Below the pieces are notes generated by a model. That model saw nothing but the letters and a program-made list of their open reading frames with translations. It was not told where the DNA came from and made no database searches. A stretch of DNA of 64,000 nucleotides from the human T2T-CHM13v2.0 reference genome, Homo sapiens. The translations under genes and the position numbers were made by a program. This document shows, piece by piece, positions 31,320 through 42,099 of the stretch (positions are counted from its first letter, which is position 1; the number at the start of each line of letters is the position of its first letter). The stretch is from assembly GCF_009914755.1 (NCBI RefSeq), contig NC_060926.1. One strand, given 5' to 3'.

Positions 31320-31505
31320 GGCAGAGAGGTGGAGTGAAGTAACAGGAGGGAGAGTGGTCTTGGAGTTAAGGGTATCAATTCTAGTCTTGACTGATCTTTT
31401 GGGTAACTGGCTTAACCAACCTCAGTCCATTTTTCTATCAGTGATGCTTAACAGCCTGTGAAGATTGTGGAAATTAAGTAAAGTGACTTTTGAAAGCATT
31501 GTAGA
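31320..31505 (+). mobile_element. MIR (degenerate)
   Basis: TTGGAGTTAAG..TTCTAGTCTTGAC..CTTAACC..CCTCAGT. Confidence 0.55.
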
Positions 31506-31724
31506 ATCAGGTTGTAGCAGGAGACAGACCCCTAGAGCTCTGAATGGGGAAATCTAAAAATACCATGATGAACCAATAATTAGAGTCTACCTGCCTTTTA
31601 GCCTTTGACTAATATATGCATATATGTTGTATACATTATATATGTCTATATATATATACACACACACATATGCACACATATATCATAGTATTATTTACAC
31701 ATGCATTTTTAAAATCTGAAAGAC

Positions 31725-31760
31725 TGTGTGTGTGTGCGTGTGCGTGTGTCTGTGTGTGTA
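31725..31760. repeat. (TG)n with CG interruptions (Z-DNA-prone)
   Basis: TGTGTGTGTGTGCGTGTGCGTGTGTCTGTGTGTG. Confidence 0.9.
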
Positions 31761-33046
31761 ATGAGAAAAAATAAAAGAAAGCTATCAGTGAGTTGGAATT
31801 GTTTTCATCTTTTTTGTTTATCTGTATTTTCTAAAATGAACCCATAGGACCATGAGTAACTAATTCTCATAACAATAAAACACCCACTGTAAATAGGATG
31901 ACTGTGCAGAAGTGACACCAGAATGTAAGTCTATTTCCAATATCTACTTGCCCCTTAATGGGCTGCAAAAACTGTCTGGCATATATGGTCCTGGGCAGCA
32001 CATGACGCTTAGCAAAGTTTTCAAATCAGTCAATTTTCCATATAAAATTTGATTAAAAGGTTCATCTATTACGCTGAATTCAAGGTCATTTATCCCTGTG
32101 TAACTGGAAAACAATGAAAACAAAATACACAGACTGAATTGCTCCCATCATTCATATCTGTCTAATTAAAAATACATTTTTCCCATTGCTTTGTACTCAG
32201 AAAAATTAAGACTCTTGTTTGTTCTCCATGCATATAAAGGTTACCAACCTTTAAAAAATGGTGAACTTAAATCTTAGAAAGCCTGGAACTAGATTTAGTG
32301 TCTCATTTTTCCATCCTTATTGTCATTGTTCAATGGTAAAATGTTCTTTGGAGAGCACACAGAATGAAAGACCACATCCATTTCCAATAACCTACAGGAG
32401 AGTGGGAATTACGATGTGTTTTTGCAAAGGGCACCGTGAAAGAGAAGTACTTTTGAGTGAATTACTGTAAAAAAATATTGCAGTATGTGAGGATTTTGGT
32501 TTGACAATTTTTGACTGGAAAATTATAAGGTATCCATGTTATTTCTTAAGGTATTTATTTTCTTCAAATTATACATTGGTTCAAATACTCTATAAATGAC
32601 CCTGCTTGGAGGTATGCTTTTTCTGGGGGGAAAAAAAATACTAAAATGTGGCCTGGCATTATGACTGTCCTAATGGTGTCCATTAGCTTTGCACTCCAGA
32701 GTTTAATAAAAAAGAAAAAAAGATTTTTCAAAAACTTTCAAACAACATAATGTGCAAGGAGGTGGGAGGGTGGTTGAATGATGGGGAAGAATAAATGGCT
32801 CATGCTGTTTCTCGATATTATTTTAGCAGATTTTCCTAAAGACATTATTTGAGCTTATTCTTAGCCTTCAAGTCATCATTTGGAAAATACATGTTGCGTT
32901 TTAATGGGGCACAGAATTCCAGACTAATATATAACTCCTTATATTACAGAAAGTTTTTTTTAAATCTTAGTTTCTGTATATATCATACATCTATAAAACT
33001 AGTGTTTTGGGGGCCACTAAGTCCAAGAGATCTTGCCTAACGCCAC

Positions 33047-33565
33047 TGTGTTAGGCAGAATTTTTGCTCCCATGACCTCTTCCCTTGGTATTACTCCTGT
33101 GAATTTATCTGCATTGTTACAAAATTACATGGCAGATGTACTTAATGTTATTAATCCATTGAACTTAAAATACAGAGATTGTCTTGCATAATCTGGTGAG
33201 CCTAAATCTATTCACATGAGCCCTTTAAAGCAGAGATGTTTTCCTGGCCAATAGCAGAAGAGGAAGTCAGAGACTCAAGGAACTCAAGGAACTTGCCCTT
33301 TGTGGTCTGAAGAAGAGGACACATGTCAAGTAAACAAGGGCGTCAGTCCAACAATGGTAAAGAACTGAATTCAGCCAACAACCTGAATGAGGCTGCAAGT
33401 GGATTTTTCCCCTAAGCCTCTGATAACTGCCCAGCCTTGCCAACCTCTGAGTATAGGATGCTGCTGAGCCACACTGTCCCTTAATGTCTGACCCACAGAA
33501 CTATGAGATCACAAATGGAGGTAAATTTATACAAACTGCTGCAGCATCAACAGAAGATAAGTACA
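33047..33565 (+). mobile_element. MaLR LTR (MLT1E-like)
   Basis: TGTGTTAGGCAGAATT..CACATGAGCCCTTTAAAGCAGAG..AGAACTGAATTCAGCCAACAACCTGAATGAG..CTGACCCACAGAACTATGAGAT. Confidence 0.8.
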
Positions 33566-34034
33566 GTTACACAGTGAACAAGGGGTTGATTCAGCCACAT
33601 GGGTCAACCCTAGGCTGTGTGACTCTCGAGCCCACACTCTAAGCCACCATGCAACACCACGAGCCGCTCTCCTCTCTAAGTGGGTCGGCACACACCACCA
33701 CCCACATCACTGCCCATGGGTGTCTCTCACAGCCAGTGTCACTGTCCCCTGTTATATGGCCAAAGGCATCAGTGCAACTGGCTTCTCAGGGAGCCCCACA
33801 GTGTCTTATACCAAGGCACAGTCACATGCTCATGAGCCTCCAAGTCACTGCTTTTGACTACCAAGGAAGCCCTAGTGCCCTGGATGTTGAACAGTACCCA
33901 CAGTGCCTTTGCAGGTAGCTACTATTGCAGCTGGGGAAGGATTCTGAACTCCTCACTTAACCCCAGTGTTGGACATTGTAGCTTCTCCAGGATTAGGTGA
34001 TAGTTCAGTCTTTGGAGCACAGAGGAAAAAACAT

Positions 34035-34260
34035 GGGGCTCTCATATCCTGCTGTCTTGGTTCCAATCTGGACTCTACCCTTTACCAGCTGTGCGACTTG
34101 AAAAAGTTACTTAACATCCCTGACACTATGTTCCCACCTAAATGGGAATTTTTTACCTCTAAAGCGGGGATAAAAATGGTTCTTCCTCAAAGATCTGTGG
34201 GGAGCACTAAATGAAACACACAGAGGTGCTTAGTGCAGCTACTGGTACATAATAAATGCA
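34035..34260 (+). mobile_element. MIR
   Basis: GGTTCCAATCTGGACTCTACC..CAGCTGTGCGACTTG..AAGTTACTTAAC..GTGCTTAGTGCAG. Confidence 0.75.
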
Positions 34261-34306
34261 GTTACATGGCTTTATTTTCTTCCTGCCACTCACCATTAGG
34301 AACATT

Positions 34307-34444
34307 ATAAAAACTGTATAGATTCAAGATGTATAATATGATATATACATACACATATTATATTGTGTATGTATATATCATATACATATATATACATATT
34401 ATACATATTATATATATACATCATATATATACATATTATATATT
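34307..34444. repeat. Local 50-bp duplicate of 31043-31092 plus fold-back inverted repeat and AT-rich patchwork
   Basis: Exact 50/50 match; 20-bp inverted repeat 34336-34355 / 34364-34383. Confidence 0.95.
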
Positions 34445-34533
34445 GCTCTTTTGCTCTCTATTCAATTAGTTAACCAGGTAAAAACTCACACCCCCTGATT
34501 ACCTTAGAATGTGTTTCACCTTTCCTTTGGTTC

Positions 34534-34670
34534 AGTGATTCCCAAACTAACTTGATTTTGAGAAACATCTAATGAACTTGTTACAAGTACAAATCCACAG
34601 GCTCCCCTGGAGCTTCTGTTTCAGGAGGGCTAGAATAAGCTCGAGAAATCTGCATTTTATCAAGGCCCCA
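34534..34670. mobile_element. MER5-like hAT-Charlie relic
   Basis: CAGTGATTCCCAAACT..GAACTTGTTA..GAAATCTGCATTTT. Confidence 0.55.
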
Positions 34671-36639
34671 CATTACTCTTACAAGCTGTCATAGTTAGGG
34701 AATAGGATCTACATAATCCTGACCATCTGTAGTCGCTGATGCTGACTGTAGGGAAAGACCCATGTGCCAGGGTATCCAAGAAAGCCAGGAACTTTCTGGT
34801 GCCACCGTGGAATGGGCGCTGTCACAGGATGGCGAGATCTCATAAGAAAAAGACAAGCATCCGCCAGCCGAGGGCAGAGTTTGCAGCAGCAAATTTATAT
34901 GACCCTCTTCTTAAGGAATTGTTCTCTCCACCCCACTCCCTGTCATATAAAGTCATTAAAGTTAAGGTTCACATTATGTTGGGAAGAACATAAAGCAACA
35001 AAGCACTAGCCATGGCACAAAGTGAATGCTCAGTAAATGGCCACTGGCTTATGTAAGTCTTGATCAAATGTCAACTTAGTGAGTGACAGTCTAGAGGTGC
35101 TGCTCTACTCGTCTGCCATGTGGTTTGTTGGCTGCATGAGGTTGATAAAAATCGCAATGCTACACATCTTGGAAGTGTGTAGGCCCCCAGGGTCACAGAT
35201 AAAGGTGAATTTTTGTGAAACTAATTAAACATAAGCCCCAGCAAGGTATTCACACAGTCATTCATCTTTATAAAATTTGCAAAAAAAAAAAAAAAACAAT
35301 GTTTTGTAACTCTTTTCCCAAAATTCTACAAGCTTCAATTTACATAAAAACCTGGATTTACCACTGCAGCTCTTCAAAAGGGGGCTTGGAACTGCCAAGA
35401 GCACCGGGAAGTAGAATGCTTTGCTTCCAACAGCCAATGCCCTCCTTGCAGTAGTGGAGCCTTTCAACACCAACAGGTTATGTTCCGAGGGAGACAACAA
35501 GCTGTGATCCCCGGCCTCAGGCCCAGCTGGTGCCCTCTCCCCTCTGTGCCTGGCTGCCAGTACAGAGCTCCCCTCTCTTGCCAGGGCCCTGAAGCATGGA
35601 GGAGTCAAGGAAGACCTTCTGCCAGCCCTGCAAATCAAGCAGACCCCTTTACATGGCCCCAGGGGTTGGGATTTCTCATTTCCAGCCCCTCCCACACACT
35701 CCAGTTCCATTTCAGGCCCAGTCTGGGCTCCGCCACTCCATCCCCAACTCAGTGACATGCTACTTAACCGTTAACAGCAAAGTGGCAATAAAACTTGCTG
35801 ATGCCTTTTGCCCAACACATGCTCCACAAACACTCTGATTTAATTTGAAATATTTGTTTTAAGTAATTTGTGGATTTTAGCTATTGGACTAATATCACTC
35901 ACAGAAATGGATTATAATTTACTGCTGTTTCTTCATTTTTTTATTACTACATAATTAAAACCTACTGTTAGCTAGCACTGTGGAAAAATGTTGGTGTTAT
36001 GCAGTATGCATTTCAGTTGGCTGCACAACCACCATCTCTTCTTCCAGTGACCCCGCTTCTCTGTAGTGATGTGGGTGCATAATTCTCAGACTCCATTAGG
36101 TGGCTGTAATCCACGGCCTCTCAATGAATCTTACATTCTGATTCTCAGAATGTAGCCAATTGTCAGCCTTGCCGATGCCTCAGAGTGAAGGACCATGAAC
36201 TAAGGGCATGAGGGCTTGGGGAAGCTGGGCATAAGTGTGAGCAGGAAATGTAAAGGAAACGCAGAGGGGGGCTGGGGTCTTTCTCCTCTATTTGTATTCC
36301 CTGCAGCTATTGTGGCTGATGACTCTATTACAAAGATGTAGACATGGGAAGGCAGCTGTCCCCTTGTGATGCTTTCCAGAGGAAAAGACAGAGCAGTCAC
36401 ATGGGCAATGGAATGAAAGAGGACTTCAGATTCTTAATAGGAGGACTGCCATCCCATTTGATAGTTTCTTTTAGTCAACAAACTCACACTTACAGGGCTT
36501 GGCACTGGGGCACAGGGTGGCAATGAATTATACACGGTCATTTTCTTCAATAAGCTCACATTCTCATGGGGCAGTCAAATATCATATAAATCACTGTATT
36601 TCACCACCATGGGTTTTACTAGAGACAGAAGGAACTATT

Positions 36640-36800
36640 TGATATAATGGAAAAGGCTTGAATTTGGGAATGAGAGATATGACAGTTCGAATCCCACTTT
36701 TGCAATGTGTTCAGCTCTGTCACCTTTGGAAAAGCTACTTCATCAAAGAATTTTAGTTTCTTTATTGAAAAATAGCAACAAAACACAACTTTGCAGGTGC
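36640..36800 (+). mobile_element. MIR
   Basis: TAATGGAAAAGGC..GTTCGAATCCCAC..CTGTCACCTTTGGAAAAGCTACTT. Confidence 0.6.
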
Positions 36801-37499
36801 TGGGAGGCTCCATGGCTGCAAGGAGGAGTGGCTGCCAGAAGCATTCTGCTCCCCCTGTGCTCACTCATACCAGTTCCAATCCCTGCTTTGAGGAACTGTG
36901 ATGGAAAATCCAGGGAGGAAGATTAGAAGTGACGGAGGTCACATGTTTGGTACAGCAGCAGCACGTGATAGGAATTTGATAAATGATAGCTATCATGGTT
37001 GACAACTATTAGGAAAACAAAACACCATTTTTCATGTCCCTGGACTATTTCAATAACCACAGAACTCCAGTCTCTTCTCCCTCTGTGCCTTAGAGGATTC
37101 CAAGAGAGCTCTTTCTACAAAGCAGAGCTGATTTCATAAGCTCTATTTCAAACACTTAGTAGCTCTGCCCCTCGAGAAAGATCCCATCTCCTAGGCAAAG
37201 ACTGTGCGCACCAACACATGTCCCCTGCAACCCCCTCTGGCTCACTGACCAGCACTCTCCTGTAAACCTCTGCCCCTTTCAAAGCCAGTCCCCCTACCAC
37301 ATCGTCTTTTCTCTTGCCTCTTGGTTTTGGACATTCTGTTCCCTTGGCCTGGACTTTCCAATCCAACCATGATCACTTGTGCAAATCCCTCTGAGGAGCC
37401 ACACCCCAACAACCTTCACACCCCACTCGGATCCTAACTGAATCCCCAACTGCCCTCTCCTGTCTATTCTCTAGACTGCAGCAAGGCTGCTTTGCACAC

Positions 37500-37980
37500 A
37501 CAAAGCCCATCATTGGCACTCTCTTTCTTAAAACCTTCAGGGGCTCTCCTGCCATCACACTTGAATCAAAACCAACCCTCGACCAAGGCCTCCAACACCT
37601 GCCTGATCTGACCCTTCACATCCTCCCGACTTGCTCCCTGTGCTCCAGCCACACTGACCGGCCTGCAGCAACTTGAACCCTGAGCTCTTTCTCACTTCAT
37701 GGGCACCAGCCCCTGCTGTAGGGAAATGCCGTCTTCCACTCCGATCCTCTGCAGAACACCCCCTGGTCAGTCTCCTGGCTTGGCTCAAGGCTACCTCCTC
37801 TGGGGACCCTTATCCAATTCCCCAAACAAAATCATGGCCCTTTTATTCTTGCTTATGTAACCTGTTCTTTCCCTTCACAGTATTAATCACAATCTGTAAT
37901 TATTCTTTATGTGTTTAGGTATTTGTACGTTTTTTACTTAATGACCTTCTTTCTCTCTAGACTGTAAATTCCATGACAGG
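37500..37980 (+). mobile_element. L2 3' fragment
   Basis: CTTAAAACCTTCAGGGGCTC..TGCTCCAGCCACACTG..CTAGACTGTAAATTCCATGACAGGG. Confidence 0.7.
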
Positions 37981-38139
37981 GCCTTTGCTCCAAGCAGGGA
38001 GCCCAGATCCCTTCACAAATATCCATGAAGGAGAAGCTTCCATGCAGACCTCCTGAAGGCCTCTTTTCCCTCTACCTACAAGTCAGCTAGGCCTGCTGGC
38101 CTCCTTCTGTACCCAGCAATATGATACACTGTTTTGTAG

Positions 38140-38480
<341 letters not shown>

Positions 38481-38789
38481 GAATGTGAGCTTTTTGACAC
38501 TAGAGTGATTCTTCTGTGTGTTGCCAGCATAGCAAGACCTATTCCCCCAACTCATGTCCAGCATAAGAAATAGCTAGTAAAGGTAAAGTGCTCCTAAACT
38601 TACAGAGAAAAACATTAACAGCCCTGCCTTCAGATAGCATCGTGGCTAAAACTTCACTCTAATTTCAGAGTGGAAAAGATAATAAGGAAGGGATAGAGTG
38701 AATGCAGGTATACCAAATGGAAGGTCCCTGTAAAAATCCAGAAGAAATTCAGTTAACACAGACAAAAGAGTGCTGATACAGATAATAAT

Positions 38790-38941
38790 AAAATATGAGA
38801 CAGATTTGAGAGACGTTTTGGAGAAAAAACTGACAATATTTGGGCAAAACACAGAGAGAAATGAGATGTCAAGCGTGGCTCCTCAGGACCTGGCTTGTAA
38901 ACTTGGAGGATGGTGGAACCACCCACGGAGATCAGGCACCA
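38790..38941 (-). mobile_element. L2 relic leading into the VNTR
   Basis: GATTTGAGAGACGTTTTGGAG..CTGGCTTGTAAACTTGGAGGATGGTGGAACCACCCACGGAGAT resembles the antisense L2 body. Confidence 0.55.
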
Positions 38942-39381
38942 TGCAGGTCTTCATGAGGCACCGTGCAGGTCTTCAGGAGGCGGCGTGCAGGTCTTCACGG
39001 GGCGGCGTGCAGGTCTTCACGGGGCACCGTGCAGGTCTTCACGGGGCAGCGTGCAGGTCTTCACGGGGCACCGTGCAGGTCTTCACGAGGCAGCGTGCAG
39101 GTCTTCACGGGGCAGCGTGCAGGTCTTCACGGGGTACCGTGCAGGTCTTCACGAGGCAGCGTGCAGGTCTTCACGGGGCACCGTGCAGGTCTTCACGGGG
39201 CGGCGTGCAGGTCTTCACGGGGCGGCGTCCAGGTCTTCACGGGGCACCGTGCAGATCTTCACGGGGCAGCTTGCAGGTCTTCACGGGGCAGCGTGCAGGT
39301 CTTCACGAGGCACCGTGCAGGTCTTCACGAGGCAGCGTGCAGGTCTTTGAGAGGCACCGTGCAGGTCTTCATGGGGCAGCA
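38942..39381. repeat. Minisatellite/VNTR, 20 exact-length copies of a 22-bp unit TGCAGGTCTTCACG(G/A)GGC(A/G)(C/G)CG
   Basis: Units start every 22 bp from 38942 to 39360 with no indels. Confidence 0.98.
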
Positions 39382-39809
39382 TGGAATCAATCACAAGGTG
39401 GGGGTGCCATCTAAATAACCATGTGTGTGAATGATGAAGGGAAGGGACTCTTGGGGATCTTCTCTTGGAAAAGTCATTTCACCTATCTATCTCCCATTGT
39501 TCTGAGGCAGACAAGGGGAACAGCTGATCATTCAAAAGTCATCTCTATTTGGCTATGAAAAGCAGTGATTTGAGAACAATGTATACTTAAGCTGTTCTTT
39601 CTATCCCAAACACTCCTCTGTCTCTCTCCCTTCTCTGCAGCCTGAGACCAGCATGGAGATAAGGAATAAGGTTCTAAACTAGATGATCCACTGAAGCAAA
39701 GAGTTAAATGTACTTTCAAAGGAACATAAGGACAAAACCAGATTCTCCTTGGTGTACAAAGAATCCAGGTGAATTGTCATGGGAACAGTAAATGGATGTT
39801 AGATTATTT

Positions 39810-39995
39810 CTAGCTACCTTTGGTTGAGTACTTGCTGTGTGCCTGGCATTTCATGTACATTGTCTATCACCTTCACACAGAACCTACAGGGATGGGAAGA
39901 AAGATTCCAAGAGAGTAACTTACCCGAGGCTGCCCAGCTAGTGAGTGATAGAGCAGGGATTTGGACTCAAGTCTGCATGACTCTGAAGCTAATCT
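39810..39995 (-). mobile_element. MIR
   Basis: TTGAGTACTTGCTGTGTGCCTGGCA..GTAACTTACCCGAGG..CAGCTAGTGAGTG..GGGATTTGGACTCAAGTCTG. Confidence 0.75.
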
Positions 39996-40412
39996 TTTTT
40001 TAACCCTAGTGAATTTCTAGGTATTGAGTGAGCAGTACTTCAGCATTGACCCCCATATGCAAAACAAGCATTTCCAGGTGGTTAAACTTATTTAAGGTGA
40101 GGCCCTCGGGCACACTATAGAACAAAGCTAATTGGGCTCAGCAGAGATCAAAACCACGACCTTGTCCTTATTTTATCTTTCTGCCACTGGCGTGCTTAAG
40201 GCAGACAAACACTTGCCATCAAACGGCTATAAAGCGTTTTATTTCCCTTCATATTGTGTAGGTTGCTCATTTATTCAAAGAACTCAGCCTTTCAAAATAA
40301 GCCACTGGCAAGAAGAGAGAAAAGGGATGTTCCTATAAATTATCCAGTGGAAAAGCTTTTACGGCATTCGACCAGGACTTGAAATGTGGGAGGTAGGACG
40401 CTGGAAATCTAC

Positions 40413-40712
40413 CTTGAAGATGTGCAGAACCAGCGGCAGGTCCTGGTCCCCAGGAATGGGGGGTCGGCGCGGGGAAGGGGGGAACGGTCTCTGTTTGTCT
40501 TGCTGCGTGCTCACACTGCCACCTGCTGGCATAGCCCACATCTCCGCTTCCCCAGCTCCTGTCCACCTGGAGACCCTGAGAGATTGCCCACATTTTAGCA
40601 TCTCCTTTCCTCCTTGGAAGGTGTCATACTCAAGAGAAATTTTTATTTCTAGCCAAACACTCTTTTTAGCCTGACAGCAAACGGCTAGTGGGAATCCATG
40701 TGCAAGGGAACT
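40413..40712 (-). other. Candidate 300-nt exon (phase 0/0, stop-free) of an unidentified minus-strand transcript
   Basis: Acceptor CTCCCCTCCCTCTCTGTTTTCCTCACACAG|, donor AAG|GTAGAT; 100 open codons; no protein recognised. Confidence 0.3.
40514..40531 (-). promoter_or_regulatory. CTCF-binding motif
   Basis: Minus strand TGCCAGCAGGTGGCAGTG matches the CTCF core CCASYAGRKGGCRS. Confidence 0.6.
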
Positions 40713-40839
40713 CTGTGTGAGGAAAACAGAGAGGGAGGGGAGCGAGGAGGAGTCTATGAGCTGGTGGCTGGGAAAATCTGCTGCACCGGTGAATCCAGTT
40801 GTCATTGTCAGGACCTTCAAGGCTTTTTGGCCATGACTC

Positions 40840-40945
40840 TAAGAACAAAACCTCCCCAAATCCCTTTTAAATACAGTGGGGTCCATTCCTCCCTACATAT
40901 TTTCTTTTCCTACAAGCACAGCGAGCGTATCTAAGGGCGGGGAGG
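40840..40945 (-). promoter_or_regulatory. Possible core promoter (GC box plus TATA-like element)
   Basis: GGGCGGGG at 40935-40942; minus-strand TATTTAAAA at 40873-40865; unique, locally CpG-enriched sequence. Confidence 0.3.
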
Positions 40946-41569
40946 GCTTCCAGCTTGAGCACATAGCGCCATTATTTGACGAGAGCACAGGAAGCAGCCT
41001 TCATTTTAAAAGAATTTCAGTCTTTAACTTTCATTCACTCACAGCATGAAAATAAATCACTGTGCTTGAGCATTTTAAAAATTAAAGGCTTAGATATTAC
41101 ATGTTACTCAAAGGCTCCTATCTTCAAATACCTATTTCCATTAGCTATTACGGTTTTTAACTTTTCTTTTTCATTATCTTGTATTCGCTTCATGAGGCAT
41201 TATGTAGATGCAGCAGACTGAAATGATTTTCTCTCATTCCAAACTAAAGATGATGATGAACTCCATTCCTCTGGGGTAAGTTTGGAATAAAAAGATGGGT
41301 TACAGAATACTGGAGGTAAAAGTCAGGGATCGATCTGGTGACTTGACTCTCATATATATAAGGTTCAACAACTCAATAATAAATAAATTTAAATCATTCC
41401 CTGATTCTACTTTCCAAAGGAAGACACTGAATGATTCACTGAAAGATTCTCACTTGCCCAAATCTCCAGTTTCTTAGTAAGGGAAGGTAACATGGAATTT
41501 CTTAACCTTTGTCTAGTTTTCAGATTGTCTACATCATTCACTGCATCGACCTCCTGTCTTCTGCTTTCT

Positions 41570-41960
41570 CATGCAGAATTGAAACATATATACCTCATCC
41601 CCAGGAGGTCTCGTTTACTTCCGTGACTTCAAGCACACCTGAGGGCCAATGATGCCCAGGTCTGCATCCTCAGTTCTGAACACTCACCCGAGGTCTAGAC
41701 CCACCTCTCTAGCTGCACACTAAATATTTTCTCCCTGAATGTCCCATAAGCACCGGAAGCTCATTGTGTCTAATCTCAAGTCTTGGCCACCCTGGCCCCA
41801 ACTTCCAAACATGCTCTTCTCTCATATAATGGCCCCAGTTAATGGGAAGACTATTCACACAATTGTGTAAATCCAAACCCCAAATGTCACCTGACACCCC
41901 AATGCTTCCTGTATGATATTGATCACGAAGTTCTCTCAGGTCTACTACCTTTGTCTCCAG
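41570..41960 (+). mobile_element. L2 fragment
   Basis: GCCAATGATGCCCAGGTCT..TGAATGTCCCATAAGCACC..AAACATGCTCTTCT. Confidence 0.6.
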
Positions 41961-42099
41961 CTATACTGACACTTCAGCCCTTTCCAAATGGACTGCTGAA
42001 ATAGTATTGCAACTATCTACTTTTCCCCATATTCAATGATCTCTTTTTCATCCTTCACATGCAAAAATGTAAAACGGATCATATCCTTGACAGCAAAAT

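Noticed and set aside
35258-35758. 166-aa minus-strand ORF in GC-richer sequence
   Set aside because: No recognisable domain, runs through a poly-T tract, and has no convincing exon boundaries.
38942-39381. CRISPR-like array or repeat protein gene
   Set aside because: Contiguous 22-bp units with no unique spacers, eukaryotic context and no cas genes; the long ORFs follow simply from a stop-free unit.
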